Of a stretch of DNA of 64,000 nt, positions 48,101 through 60,100 are shown one piece after another. Position numbers and translations under genes: made by a program. Within the stretch, counting starts at the first letter, position 1. Every line of letters starts with the position of its first letter. This DNA is from Macrostomum lignano (lineage: Eukaryota), in NCBI GenBank assembly GCA_002269645.1, contig NIVC01000201.1, forward strand, positions 434,001 to 498,000. The letters are read 5' to 3'. A model generated the notes under the pieces. That model made no database searches. It was not told where the DNA came from and saw only the letters and a list, made by a program, of their open reading frames with translations.

Positions 48101-51100
48101 CTTTAAGCTTTTTGGCTTCTGAAGGCGTCAAAAGTTTCTTGGCAAGCGCATCATCAATGGTCAATTCTTCACCAGTTCTGGGATCCGAAACGGTACCATC
48201 CATGGGATCTAAAGAATTTGCGACGTCCTCAAACTTGGGCTTAACCTTATCGCGCAGCTTTTTAGCTTCGCTAGGCGTTAGAACATTGTTAGCAAGCGCG
48301 TCATCGATAGTCAGTTCATCCCCAGTTCTGGGATCCGCGACAGTTCCGCTCACCGGGTCCAAAGAATTTGCAACGTCTTCAAATTTAGGCTTTACCTTCT
48401 TTCGCACTTTTTTGGCTTCGGCTGGGGTTATAAGCTTTTTCTTTAGTGCGTCGTCAATTGACAATTCTTTGCCAGTTCTAGGATCGGTCACCGTACCGTC
48501 CATGGGATCCAGAGTTTTTTCGATTTCTTCGAATTTTGGCTTTACTTTGTCCCTTAGTTTCTTTGTTTCGGACGGCGATAAAAGTTTTTTGGTCAGCGCA
48601 TCATCAATGGACAATTCTTCCCCAGTTCTGGGATCCGTAATGGTACCCGAGTTGGGATCCAGAGAATCAGCCAAGTCAGAAAACTTCGGCTTCACCTTAT
48701 CTTGAAGCTTTTTTGCTTCGCTTGGAGACAAGAGTTTTTTTGATAACGCCTCTTCAATCGGCACGTTCTTTCCGGTTGCTGGATCCGCAACGGTGCCTTT
48801 GCTGGGATCGAAAGATTTCCTGAGATCGCGGAAGGAAGGCTTCGCAGCCTTTGCTGCAGGCGGACTAGACAAGTTGCTGGTACTGGGGGTTTGCTGTACA
48901 GGAGCCTCAGTAGACGGCTGAGTAGGCTGTGCAGAAATCTCTGCGGACGGGACAGCTGACTGTCCGGGAGTCTTTTGAACCGGTGCGACAGGCGCGCTTT
49001 CAGGCTTTGCTTCGACAGGAGCCTAAAAAAATTTAAACGAATTTCATATTATCATTGAAACGGCCCACACAGGATTGTCGCTATTTAAAATAACAATATT
49101 TTGTTATTGTTTTAACACCCTATTTTTGACCATCACATACCAACCTAACGCACAGATTCAATAGTATATAAAGGACGATCCAAAAATCAGACTAACCACT
49201 AGCTTTACGAACCAATCAGACTATCCCCAAATTCACCAGCCTAGCCCTAGATTTACCAGCCAATCACACACTAGACCTAGATTCACCAGCCAATCACAGA
49301 CTAGCCCTAGATTTACCAGCCAATCACAGACTAGCCCTAGATTCACCAGCCAATCACAGACTAGCCCTAGATTCACCAGCCAATCACAGAGTAGCCATGG
49401 ATTCACCAGCCAATCACAGACTAGCCCAAGATTTACCAGCCAAACACAGACTAGCCATAGATTCACCAGCCAATCACCTACTAGCCATAGATTCACCAGC
49501 CAATCACAGACTAGCCATAGAATCACCAGCCAATCACAGACTAGCCGTAGAATCACCAGCCAATCACAGACTAGCCATAGAATCACCAGCCAATCACATA
49601 CTAGCCATAGATTCACTAGCCAATCACATACTAGCCATAGAATCACCAGCCAATCACAGACCACTCTGACAGTAAAAAGCCTAAAAATTTTCCTCACCTC
49701 TTGTCGCGGTTCGGCACTGGTCGCAGTTTTCTGCTGCTCCCGCTGAGCGACATCCGGCGGCATGGGATTCGGGCTGGACAATCCGATCTCCTCCTCGATG
49801 GTACGCGCGTGACAGCTGTCGAATTGGTTACCAAGCGGCGGCGGCGACCGCCGGCTGTAGGGCGCCACCCGGACGAGGCCCTCCGAGATGGCGTCGGCCA
49901 GAGTGGACACGTCGCCGGTGACCGAGTCCATGTAGGTCGCCCGCGTGGCGTCGATTAGCCCGAGGTCGAGGGCCTCGCTAGGTGGCAGCATGCACCGCGA
50001 TTTCGCGTCGTAAATGGATTGCACCTGCACAGGGGGCCGGGGTTGCAGCATTAGTTAGTTGAAATTGTTTTTTAATGCATGCACACGTTCGAGACACGAT
50101 ATTAACTAAAATGATTAATCCACTCTATAAGTGGATTACTTATAGAGTGGATTTTGCACAAATTTATTGTCAATTCAAAGAGGCAAGATTAAATAAAAAT
50201 CTAGAGCCTCCATATAAACACGCATCTCACCAGTATAATTGGCGCCCAGACTGGTCTGTCTAATGGTCAAAACTAATATTACAATTTATTACTTCATTGG
50301 TCAATTTGTACATCAGGATCCGAGTAGGAAGAGGGAATGGGGGTGTGGGGGCGAAGCCCCCACTTACAACGACAGACAATTTTATTTTACACTCATAGAC
50401 TCGTTCGTTTTCTAAAATGATATCCCGGTAAATTGCTTTATTGTCTATTTCAAACAATGACCGGTCATTGCTTTAATGTCATTGCCTTAACGCAAAATTA
50501 CCATAGACATTTTGAACAATGACACCCAGACTTTGGATTTTCTTCCACAAACCGAAAAAAATCGTAAGCAATATAGAAACCTTACAGCTCGTTGCATGAA
50601 GTCTTTAGCTGCTTCTCGCGTGAATTTCGTGTCTTAGAAAACAATTTATGAGCTGCATGGTTTTGCGCGTAAATACACTGCGGAGTTGTGGAACTTTTCA
50701 ATTGTTCGACACAAACACAAAAACATGCTATACTAAAATTTCTGCTATTTTTGTGTATAAAAACGAATAGATCCTATCTTTACAAAGTATTGTACGCGCA
50801 CAACTATCCTCCAAAATGTTTCCAAGAAAAGAGGTTTTCCGCCTTCTATTTTAGTTGGCCTTGCTTTCTCTCACACAGATTTTGCAAAAGAAACTGTTTT
50901 ATCAGGTAAAATACTTATTGTCTACGGCTAAACCGGGTGGCGCAGAAGTAACTATACACCTTTAAACTTTAGTCTATGTTAAGGTGTATAGTTACTAACC
51001 CGATGAAAACGGTACCCAGGCCAAGCAGCGTCTCAGAGTCACTTGCATCGCCCCATAGTCGTTTCAGAGTCGTTGCAGATGACACGGGTAAAAAAGGAAA

Positions 51101-54100
51101 GATGTGACTCTTGACGCCTTTAAAACGAGAAGATGCCACGGCGCGAGTCGCAAAAAATTATCACAGAGTTGCCTAAAAGTCACTTTGAGACTGATTATTG
51201 ACTGCGACTCTCAAGCAACTCTGGCGCGACGCAAGTGACTCTGGAGAGACTCTAGCGACTCTGGAGAGACTCTAGCGACTCTGGAGAGACTCTAGCGACT
51301 CTGGAGAGACTCTAGCGACTCTGGAGAGACTCTAGCGACTCTGGAGAGACTCTAGCGACTCTGGAGAGACTCTAGCGACTCTGGAGAGACTCTAGCGACT
51401 CTGGAGAGACTCTAGCGACTCTGGAGAGACTCTAGCGACTCTGGAGAGACTCTAGCGACTCTGGAGAGACTCTAGCGACTCTGGAGAGACTCTAGCGACT
51501 CTGGAGAGACTCTAGCGACTCTGGAGAGACTCTAGCGACTCTGGAGAGACTCTAGCGACTCTGGAGAGACTCTAGCGACTCTGGAGAGACTCTAGCGACT
51601 CTGGAGAGACTCTAGCGACTCTGGAGAGACTCTAGCGACTCTGGAGAGACTCTAGCGACTCTGGAGAGACTCTAGCGACTCTGGAGAGACTCTAGCGACT
51701 CTGGAGAGACTCTAGCGACTCTGGAGAGACTCTAGCGACTCTGGAGAGACTCTAGCGACTCTGGAGAGACTCTAGCGACTCTGGAGAGACTCTAGCGACT
51801 CTGGAGAGACTCTAGCGACTCTGGAGAGACTCTAGCGACTCTGGAGAGACTCTAGCGACTCTGGAGAGACTCTAGCGACTCTGGAGAGACTCTAGCGACT
51901 CTGGAGAGACTCTAGCGACTCTGGAGAGACTCTAGCGACTCTGGAGAGACTCTAGCGACTCTGGAGAGACTCTAGCGACTCTGGAGAGACTCTAGCGACT
52001 CTGGAGAGACTCTAGCGACTCTGGAGAGACTCTAGCGACTCTGGAGAGACTCTAGCGACTCTGGAGAGACTCTAGCGACTCTGGAGAGACTCTAGCGACT
52101 CTGGAGAGACTCTAGCGACTCTGGAGAGACTCTAGCGACTCTGGAGAGACTCTAGCGACTCTGGAGAGACTCTAGCGACTCTGGAGAGACTCTAGCGACT
52201 CTGGAGAGACTCTAGCGACTCTGGAGAGACTCTAGCGACTCTGGAGAGACTCTAGCGACTCTGGAGAGACTCTAGCGACTCTGGAGAGACTCTAGCGACT
52301 CTGGAGAGACTCTAGCGACTCTGGAGAGACTCTAGCGACTCTGGAGAGACTCTAGCGACTCTGGAGAGACTCTAGCGACTCTGGAGAGACTCTAGCGACT
52401 CTGGAGAGACTCTAGCGACTCTGGAGAGACTCTAGCGACTCTGGAGAGACTCTAGCGACTCTGGAGAGACTCTAGCGACTCTGGAGAGACTCTAGCGACT
52501 CTGGAGAGACTCTAGCGACTCTGGAGAGACTCTAGCGACTCTGGAGAGACTCTAGCGACTCTGGAGAGACTCTAGCGACTCTGGAGAGACTCTAGCGACT
52601 CTGGAGAGACTCTAGCGACTCTGGAGAGACTCTAGCGACTCTGGAGAGACTCTAGCGACTCTGGAGAGACTCTAGCGACTCTGGAGAGACTCTAGCGACT
52701 CTGGAGAGACTCTAGCGACTCTGGAGAGACTCTAGCGACTCTGGAGAGACTCTAGCGACTCTGGAGAGACTCTAGCGACTCTGGAGAGACTCTAGCGACT
52801 CTGGAGAGACTCTAGCGACTCTGGAGAGACTCTAGCGACTCTGGAGAGACTCTAGCGACTCTGGAGAGACTCTAGCGACTCTGGAGAGACTCTAGTGACT
52901 CTGGAGAGACTCTAGCGACTCTGGAGAGACTCTAGCGACTCTGGAGAGACTCTAGCGACTCTGGAGAGACTCTAGCGACTCTGGAGAGACTCTAGCGACT
53001 CTGGAGAGACTCTAGCGACTCTGGAGAGACTCTAGCGACTCTGGAGAGACTCTAGCGACTCTGGAGAGACTCTAGTGACTCTGGAGAGACTCTAGCGACT
53101 CTGGAGAGACTCTAGCGACTCTGGAGAGACTCTAGCGACTCTGGAGAGACTCTAGCGACTCTGGAGAGACTCTAGCGACTCTGGAGAGACTCTAGCGACT
53201 CTGGAGAGACTCTAGCGACTCTGGAGAGACTCTAGCGACTCTGGAGAGACTCTAGCGACTCTGGAGAGACTCTAGCGACTCTGGAGAGACTCTAGCGACT
53301 CTGGAGAGACTCTAGCGACTCTGGAGAGACTCTAGCGACTCTGGAGAGACTCTAGCGACTCTGGAGAGACTCTAGCGACTCTGGAGAGACTCTAGCGACT
53401 CTGGAGAGACTCTAGCGACTCTGGAGAGACTCTAGCGACTCTGGGGAGACTCTAGCGACTCTGGGAGACTCTAGCGACTCTGGAGAGACTCTAGCGACTC
53501 TGGAGAGACTCTAGCGACTCTGGGGAGACTCTAGCGACTCTGGGGAGACTCTAGCGACTCTGAGGCCGTAGAGCCGCATCTGAGTCGTGCTAGAGCTCGT
53601 AACTAACGGCAAGATACTCCGCAATCTGTGCTATCCCGAAGCTTCTGAAGAAGCGCCCGGGCCTCCGAAGTCCCGGTGAGAGCGCTGGAAATACGGCTGA
53701 TCAAATACTTCAATCAAGGAAAGATCAGCGCGTGCGCACTCGAGCAACAAAGCATTCGACAGGTTCTACAGCTAGAAACATTGCAGCAACTCTTTGCCAC
53801 GGCCACCCAATGCAAACCTCCAATGGCGGCTCTCGCCGGTTTCTGAACCGCTCGATCAGCAGCAGGCCGTCGCGACCCACGGTAATCACCGTGGCGAACA
53901 GGCTGCGCCGGCGGATGGCATCGGCGAAGCTGACTCGACTCTGCGTTGTCGGATCCTTCATCGTGCCAGACTCCAGGTCGATGTCGCCGTTAATGAGCAT
54001 CTGCGAGGTGATGTGCAGCTCCAGGCCGGTGCCGCGGTGCTCGTGCCAGATGCAGTCAATGATGCAGTTTCTCTCGCCGGGAATTGGCTCGCCGATTTCT

Positions 54101-57100
54101 GCAGCCTCGTCGGCTGGCGGAGCCACCGCTGCTCGGGAGGGCGGCGGCTGCTGCTGCTGCTGCTGCGGCGGCGGTGGTGGCGGTCTTCGTCGCCGGCCGG
54201 TTGCCGGTGGCAGACGCGGAACCGCCGATTCACTGAGCATTTGAGACGCCATCGATGAGACAGCGTCTTCCTCAACCGAGTCTCCTGTTTCGTCTGTTTC
54301 TTTTGCTGCTGCTGCTGCTTTGGCTACGATGGGCGTGGAATGCAGCTGGTTAGCCGGCTCTCTGCTCTCTACTAGCGGCTGCTCTGCACTCTGCTCCGCC
54401 CGAGCGGGGCTGGCGTTTTGTGTGCGCAGCGACAGACCCGAGTCAGCCGAGGTGAGGCCGCCCCCAAACTCGTACTCAGGCCCCGTTGAGCTCGCGGTTG
54501 AGGCCGGGGCGCTGGGCCGCACAATGGCCTCACTGTCGGCCTCCCCCTCCGACGGGGCGACCCGCCCAGCCAATGGCTGCTTGGCCAGCACGGCCGCCTC
54601 CTCTGCCAGTACGGAGCGGTGCTGCTGCACTTCGGGCGGGCGCCGGGTCAGCACGGCCGCGTCCTGACCGATGAGTCCGTCGGCGACGGCCTGCCGCAGG
54701 CTGATCCGCCGGCCGGTGCGGTGGTTCACATAGACGCCCTGGTCCGGGTCCACAATGCCCAGCTTCACCGCCTCTTCGAATGTCACGGCCTCCTGCGTGA
54801 CAGGGTTCAGCACCGAGGCCGGTCCGGCCAGCCGAGCCCGAGAGACCCGAGCCCGGTCCAGCGGCCGCATCACCACGCTGGAGGTGAGCAACACCGGGCA
54901 GGACAGCTGCATGAGCAGCATAGCCTTGTCAGCTGTCAGCAGGCTGCCGCTTGCCGCCTCCTGAATAGTGTACACCGCGCCGCTTTGCGAGTCCACAACC
55001 TGGCCCTGCCTGGCGTCGAACACGCCGGCCTGAGCAGCCTCCAGGACCGTCAGCTCGGCGCCGTCCGACTGTTGGTGCCGCCGCAGCCCGGAGCCGGCGT
55101 TCAGCGCGGCAGCCGCCTGCTCGCTCACCAGGCCGCGATGCACCGCAGTCGCCAGAGGGAGGCCGCAGAACCGGCCGGCAGCCAGGTCCACCTGGCCCCG
55201 CTGCACGGCAGTTGCTAGGGGCAACCGAACAGCCGTCGCACTGACCGCCACGGCATCGGGAAACGGCACGGCGACCTCCTCGCTGTGCAGCAGGACTCGC
55301 GACTCGGCCAGGGCGACGGTCAGCGGCTGCGGCTCCGGCTGGCACTGAAGGCGGCAGTCCGCGGTCAGGAGGCCTCGTTGAAGCGCTTCGCTCAGGCTGA
55401 CGGATTGTCGCTCGATGCCGCCGCCCGTGGAGCTGGCGCAGTCCAGCACCAGCGCTTTCTGCTCGCGGTCGATGACGCCGTCGCTAAGCAACCGCGGCAG
55501 GTCAGCGCCATCGTTTTCGCCGTTTCCAGATTGCAGAAGTCCCTGCAATGGTGGTGTGGCCAGTTGTTTAACACATGTAGCAGCTAAGCATCATGCTTAA
55601 AATAGACCTAGATTTTGGGACTGTGTGCACTCTGGAGGAGGCCTGTGTGCACCCGGGAGGAGGGCTGTGTGCACTCTGGAGGAGGCCTGTGTGCACCCGG
55701 GAGGAGGGCTGTGTGCACCCGGGAGGAGGGCTGTGTGCACCCGGGAGGAGGGCTGTGTGCACCCGGGAGGAGGGCTGTGTGCACCCGGGAGGAGGGCTGT
55801 GTGCACCCGGGAGGAGGCCTGTGTGCACCCGGGAGGAGGCCTGTGTGCACTCTGAGAAGCGAGTCCTAAGTGGGAATTATTTTAAACCTCTCATGGACCC
55901 GCCGGCGCCTACCGAACTCAACGCCTCCCCGGGCGTCAACGGCGGCAGCAGCAGGCCGCGCCGCCTCGCCTCCGGGAAGTCCAGCCAGTCGCCGGTGTTG
56001 AAATCCCGCATTCTCCCGGTCGCCAAATCGACCACTCCGGCTGAGCAGGCCTCTGCAAGCGTCATTTTGCCTGCGTCTGACGATGCGACAACCTCCTTGA
56101 CGCCGGTGTCCAGCAGGGAGCCGGCCCCGGTCGCGGCCTGGGCGAAGGTGAGCAGCCGGCCTGAGCAGGGGTCGAGGACGCCGCCAGGCCGGGCCAGCCC
56201 GCTGTCCAGCAAGCGGCTCAGGCCCAGCCGAACTGACGCCGAGTCGGCGCCGCCAAAATGGCCGCGAGTTCGAGCCCGCACCAGCCCCGCATCGTCGGGA
56301 TCGGCCGAGTCGACAGTCTGCAGTTGCTGCTGCTGCTCCGAGGCCTCCTTGACTGCGCTGGCAGCCGGATCGAGTCCTGCCGGCTGCAGGATGCCGGTCC
56401 GCAGGCTGGCGATGGCGGCCTCGGCGCCGGCCACGCAGGCCGCGTAGTCGGCGTTGACGCGGGCGAGCTCCTCCGCCAGCTGCTGCGCGTTGCCGCCGCT
56501 TCCGCCGCCGCCGCCGTCGACAGCTTCGTAGCGTTGCGCGGCCGCGGCCAAGGCGCCGCCGGCGGTGTTCAGAGCGTCAATGTCCGGCCGGGCGGAGCGC
56601 AGGCTCTGGCGCAGGGCCAAGGCCCGTTCAAATGACCGGCAGAGCGGCTCCAGTGAGGAGTGGGCAGCGGGGCGGCCGGCGGACTGCAGGTTGCGCAGCT
56701 TCTGCCGGCAGCCGGCCAGCCAGACGGCGCAGTCCTGCACCAGCTGCTGGTAGGCGACGAAGTCACCGGAGCAGGCGCGCAGAGTGCGCAGGCGCGGCTC
56801 CAGCGATGCTGACAGATGGCGCCGACACCTGGCGACTGTGGCGTCGGCTGCCGCAGAGGCTGTCGAGGCTGCTGCGGCAGCAGCGGAGGACTGCTGAGCT
56901 GCTCGCTGCTGCTTGCTGATGCAGTCTTGCAAGGCTTCGTTTAAGCTGGCTTGGGTTTTCTGCAAACAGAGCAATAATTGGGTGACGGTCAGGCCCGGCT
57001 TGCTATTTGTACACACAGTCAGTCCCGGCTTGCTATTTGTACACACATTCAGGCCTGGCTTGCTATTTGTGCACACAGTCAGTCCTGGCTTGCTATTTGT

Positions 57101-60100
57101 ACACACAGTCAGCTTGCTATTTGTACACACAGTCAGTCCTGGCTTGCTATTTGTACACACAGTCAGTCCCGGCTTGCTATTTGTACACACAGTCAGCTTG
57201 CTATTTGTACACACAGTCAGCTTGCTATTTGTACACACAGTCAGTCCCGGCTTGCTATTTGTACACACAGTCAGTCCTGGCTAGCCATCATCCGCTACAA
57301 GCTCACCGTGAGCGCCTCCAGGCTGCGGTCCATCTGCGCTTGGGTCAGCGGAAATCCGGCCACCTCGGTGAAAGCGAGGGCCTCGGCAGCCGTCAGGCGA
57401 ATCTCCAGTTCGGCCACGGCGTCGCTGAGGCTGCCGTTACGGGTGTCGGCGGAGTCTTCCGCTTGGCTGCCGGCCAGCGAGCTCTGGCAGGAGCGCCGGC
57501 AGAGCTCCAGCTCGGCGCGCAGCTTCTTTGACGCTTCATCGTCGTTGATACTTTCCGTGGCCTCGTCCGTCAGCTGCTGTTCAACTTCGCGTTCAACGGC
57601 CGCCAGAGCCGCTCGCCGCTGCTCAGCCGACGTCGCAAGCGTCGACGAAGACCGGCTGCCGCTGCGCAAGCCGGCCAGGCGGCTCAGCAGGTGGCGCCGT
57701 CGTAGGGCGAGCCGGCGCCGGCGCCACAGGGCAGCGGCGGAGGCCGCCTCGGTTTGGAGGCTGCGCGCCGCGGACACGGCGGCCGACCAGGGGTGCGCAG
57801 GCAGACGGCCGGCAGCCAGCAGGTTGTTGTTGCCGTTGTGCTTGCAGTCGACGATGTCACGGCGGACGACGAAGGCGACACCTACACATTGGACCGTCGA
57901 TGCGGTGCAGAGCGACTGTCAGATTGGTGGGCAGGCTGGACCACTGGCACAGCAGCTGGCCGCTCAGGCTGCCCGGGTTGCCATCAAAAACTGCTGGCGC
58001 AAGCAGGGCTTGATGAGGCGCGGAGGCTGCGAGCTGCAAGGGCGAGGATGGGGTGGGGGTGGCGGATGCGGGCACAGTGCTGAGAATGTGTAAATGTAAA
58101 TGAGAGCCTTTGCAGCCCGCAGCCGTGTTTCTTCCGACTCAGTGTGTGAGCGCGTGCGTGCTCAGGGGCTTGCCGAAAGCGACTCACCCAGTTGGCCTCG
58201 CCAGCCGCCCGGTCCAGCTGCTCCCGCAGGCCGTCCACCGCTCTCAGCCGGCTGGCTGTGGATTCGGCCGACTGGCCGGGCCGCTGGTCGAGAAATTCGG
58301 TGCCAAGTCGGCGGGTGATGTCGGCCAGGCTGGCCCGGACGCGCCTCGCCCCGGCGGAGTGGGCGGCAGCGGCCGCGGCGGCTTCGGTCTGGTGCTGCAG
58401 GCAGCCGGCCAGGCTGAGGTGGGCGGCCCAGCGCTCCTCCAGGCGGCGCAGGCAGGCCTCGGCCGGGTGCGCGGCGGCTGGCGAGCCGGAAGTGGAGCGG
58501 CCACCGGCAGCTGCGTAGCGGCGAATCAGGCGGGCCCCGGAGGTCACCGCGGCGGCGAATTTCGCCTCTCGATCTTCGAGCTCGGATACGGTGGACTGCG
58601 GGCGGGATTTGGCTAGGATTAGCGAATTTTGAGATTAGTGCGCATAGACTGGATTGACAAGAACACAGGTAAATATCATACCTGAAGTCGCTGGAGACAG
58701 CCCTGTGGGGGAGAGGAAAAGGCGGCAGTTGTAGTTTAAATTTTGTTAGCAAATCGCTGCGAGTTTCAGAAAGCTTAAAAAATAATTTTAAAAAATGACA
58801 CCGGATGTCCTGTATGCCATGTATGGCTTGTAATATATGATATAGGATTCGCAGTGGGAGAGTGGGAGAGGTAAGTGAGAGATCCCAACCAGCCGGACAG
58901 TGGGAGAGTGGGAGAGGGAAGTGAGAGATCCCAACCAGCCGGACGGGGGTGGGAGAGGGAAGTGAGAGATCCCAACCAGCCGGACAGGGGGTGGGAGAGG
59001 GAAGTGAGAGATCCCAACCAGCCGGACGGGGGGGTGGGAGAGGGAAGTGAGAGATCCCAACCAGCCGGACGGGGGGTGGGAGAGGGAAGTGAGAGATCCC
59101 AACCAGCCGGACGGGGGGTGGGAGAGGGAAGTGAGAGATCCCAACCAGCCGGACGGGGGGTGGGAGAGGGAAGTGAGAGATCCCAACCAGCCGGACAGTG
59201 GGAGAGTGGGAGAGGGAAGTGAGAGATCCCAACCAGCCGGACGGGGGGCGGGAGAGGGAAGTGAGAGATCCCAACCAGCCGGACGGGGGGTGGGAGAGGG
59301 AAGTGAGAGATCCCAACCAGCCGGACAGGGGAATGGGCACGCGGTCGCGCACCTTTAAATAGGCCTCAACGTCGGCGACCTCGGCCAGCCGCAGCTGCCT
59401 CCGCTGCAGCCGCAGCACGCGGGTTTCGCGCTCGTCCAGCCAGGCCAGAAGAGACGCCGCGGACTCGGCGAAGGCCAGCCAGGCCTCCAGATGGCGAAGT
59501 CGACGCTGCGCGGCGCCGGTCAGATCGGTGCAGGCCGCTTCCAGCTCCGTCAGCAAGGCGGCGTAGGTCGCTCGGTCCGACTCCGGCAGGCCGTCACCGA
59601 TAGCGCCGCAGGCCGCCGCTTCGGCCACCGTGTCGTTGGCGGATTGGCAGAACTCCCGCTGCCAGTCGACTTGACGCCGAAGCTCGTCAAGGCCAGCAAT
59701 GTCTTCTTGAGCGGCAGCGGCGGCGGCAGCGGCGGCCATGGTGGCGGCCTCCGCCCGATCCAGCTGTTCACGCCGCTCCCTTACGCGGCCCATGCAGCGG
59801 CGGATCGGCGAGAAGGCGGGCGAGTCCGAGAAGGCCCGGCTGACGCTCGTCACGTCTCTGTAGTGCTGCCGCTCCAGCCGGCGGTGCTGCTGGCCGCGGT
59901 GCTGCTGCTGAAGCAGGCGAATCCGCGGCGCCAGGCTGTCAACGAGACGGTGCAGCTCCAGGTAAGCCAGGTGGGCGGTGCACAGCGAGTGGTACAGCTG
60001 CTCGGCGCGGCCGTAGCGCTCATCTCGCAGGCGCTGGATCCGCTCGAACAGGCGATTGACGGCCTCGCCGGCTTTGGAGACACCCCTGGCCAAGCGGTCC

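Noticed and set aside
50075-50909. Short ORFs (62-73 aa) in the large intron as possible transposase fragments
   Set aside because: No recognisable transposase, reverse transcriptase or helicase motifs.
50947-50966. AGTAACTATA resembles the LSU rRNA homing-endonuclease target region
   Set aside because: Only about 10 nt match, with no surrounding rRNA similarity.
51237-53561. CRISPR-like appearance of this and the 30-43 bp arrays
   Set aside because: Head-to-tail units with no unique spacers, no cas genes, and a eukaryotic intron context.
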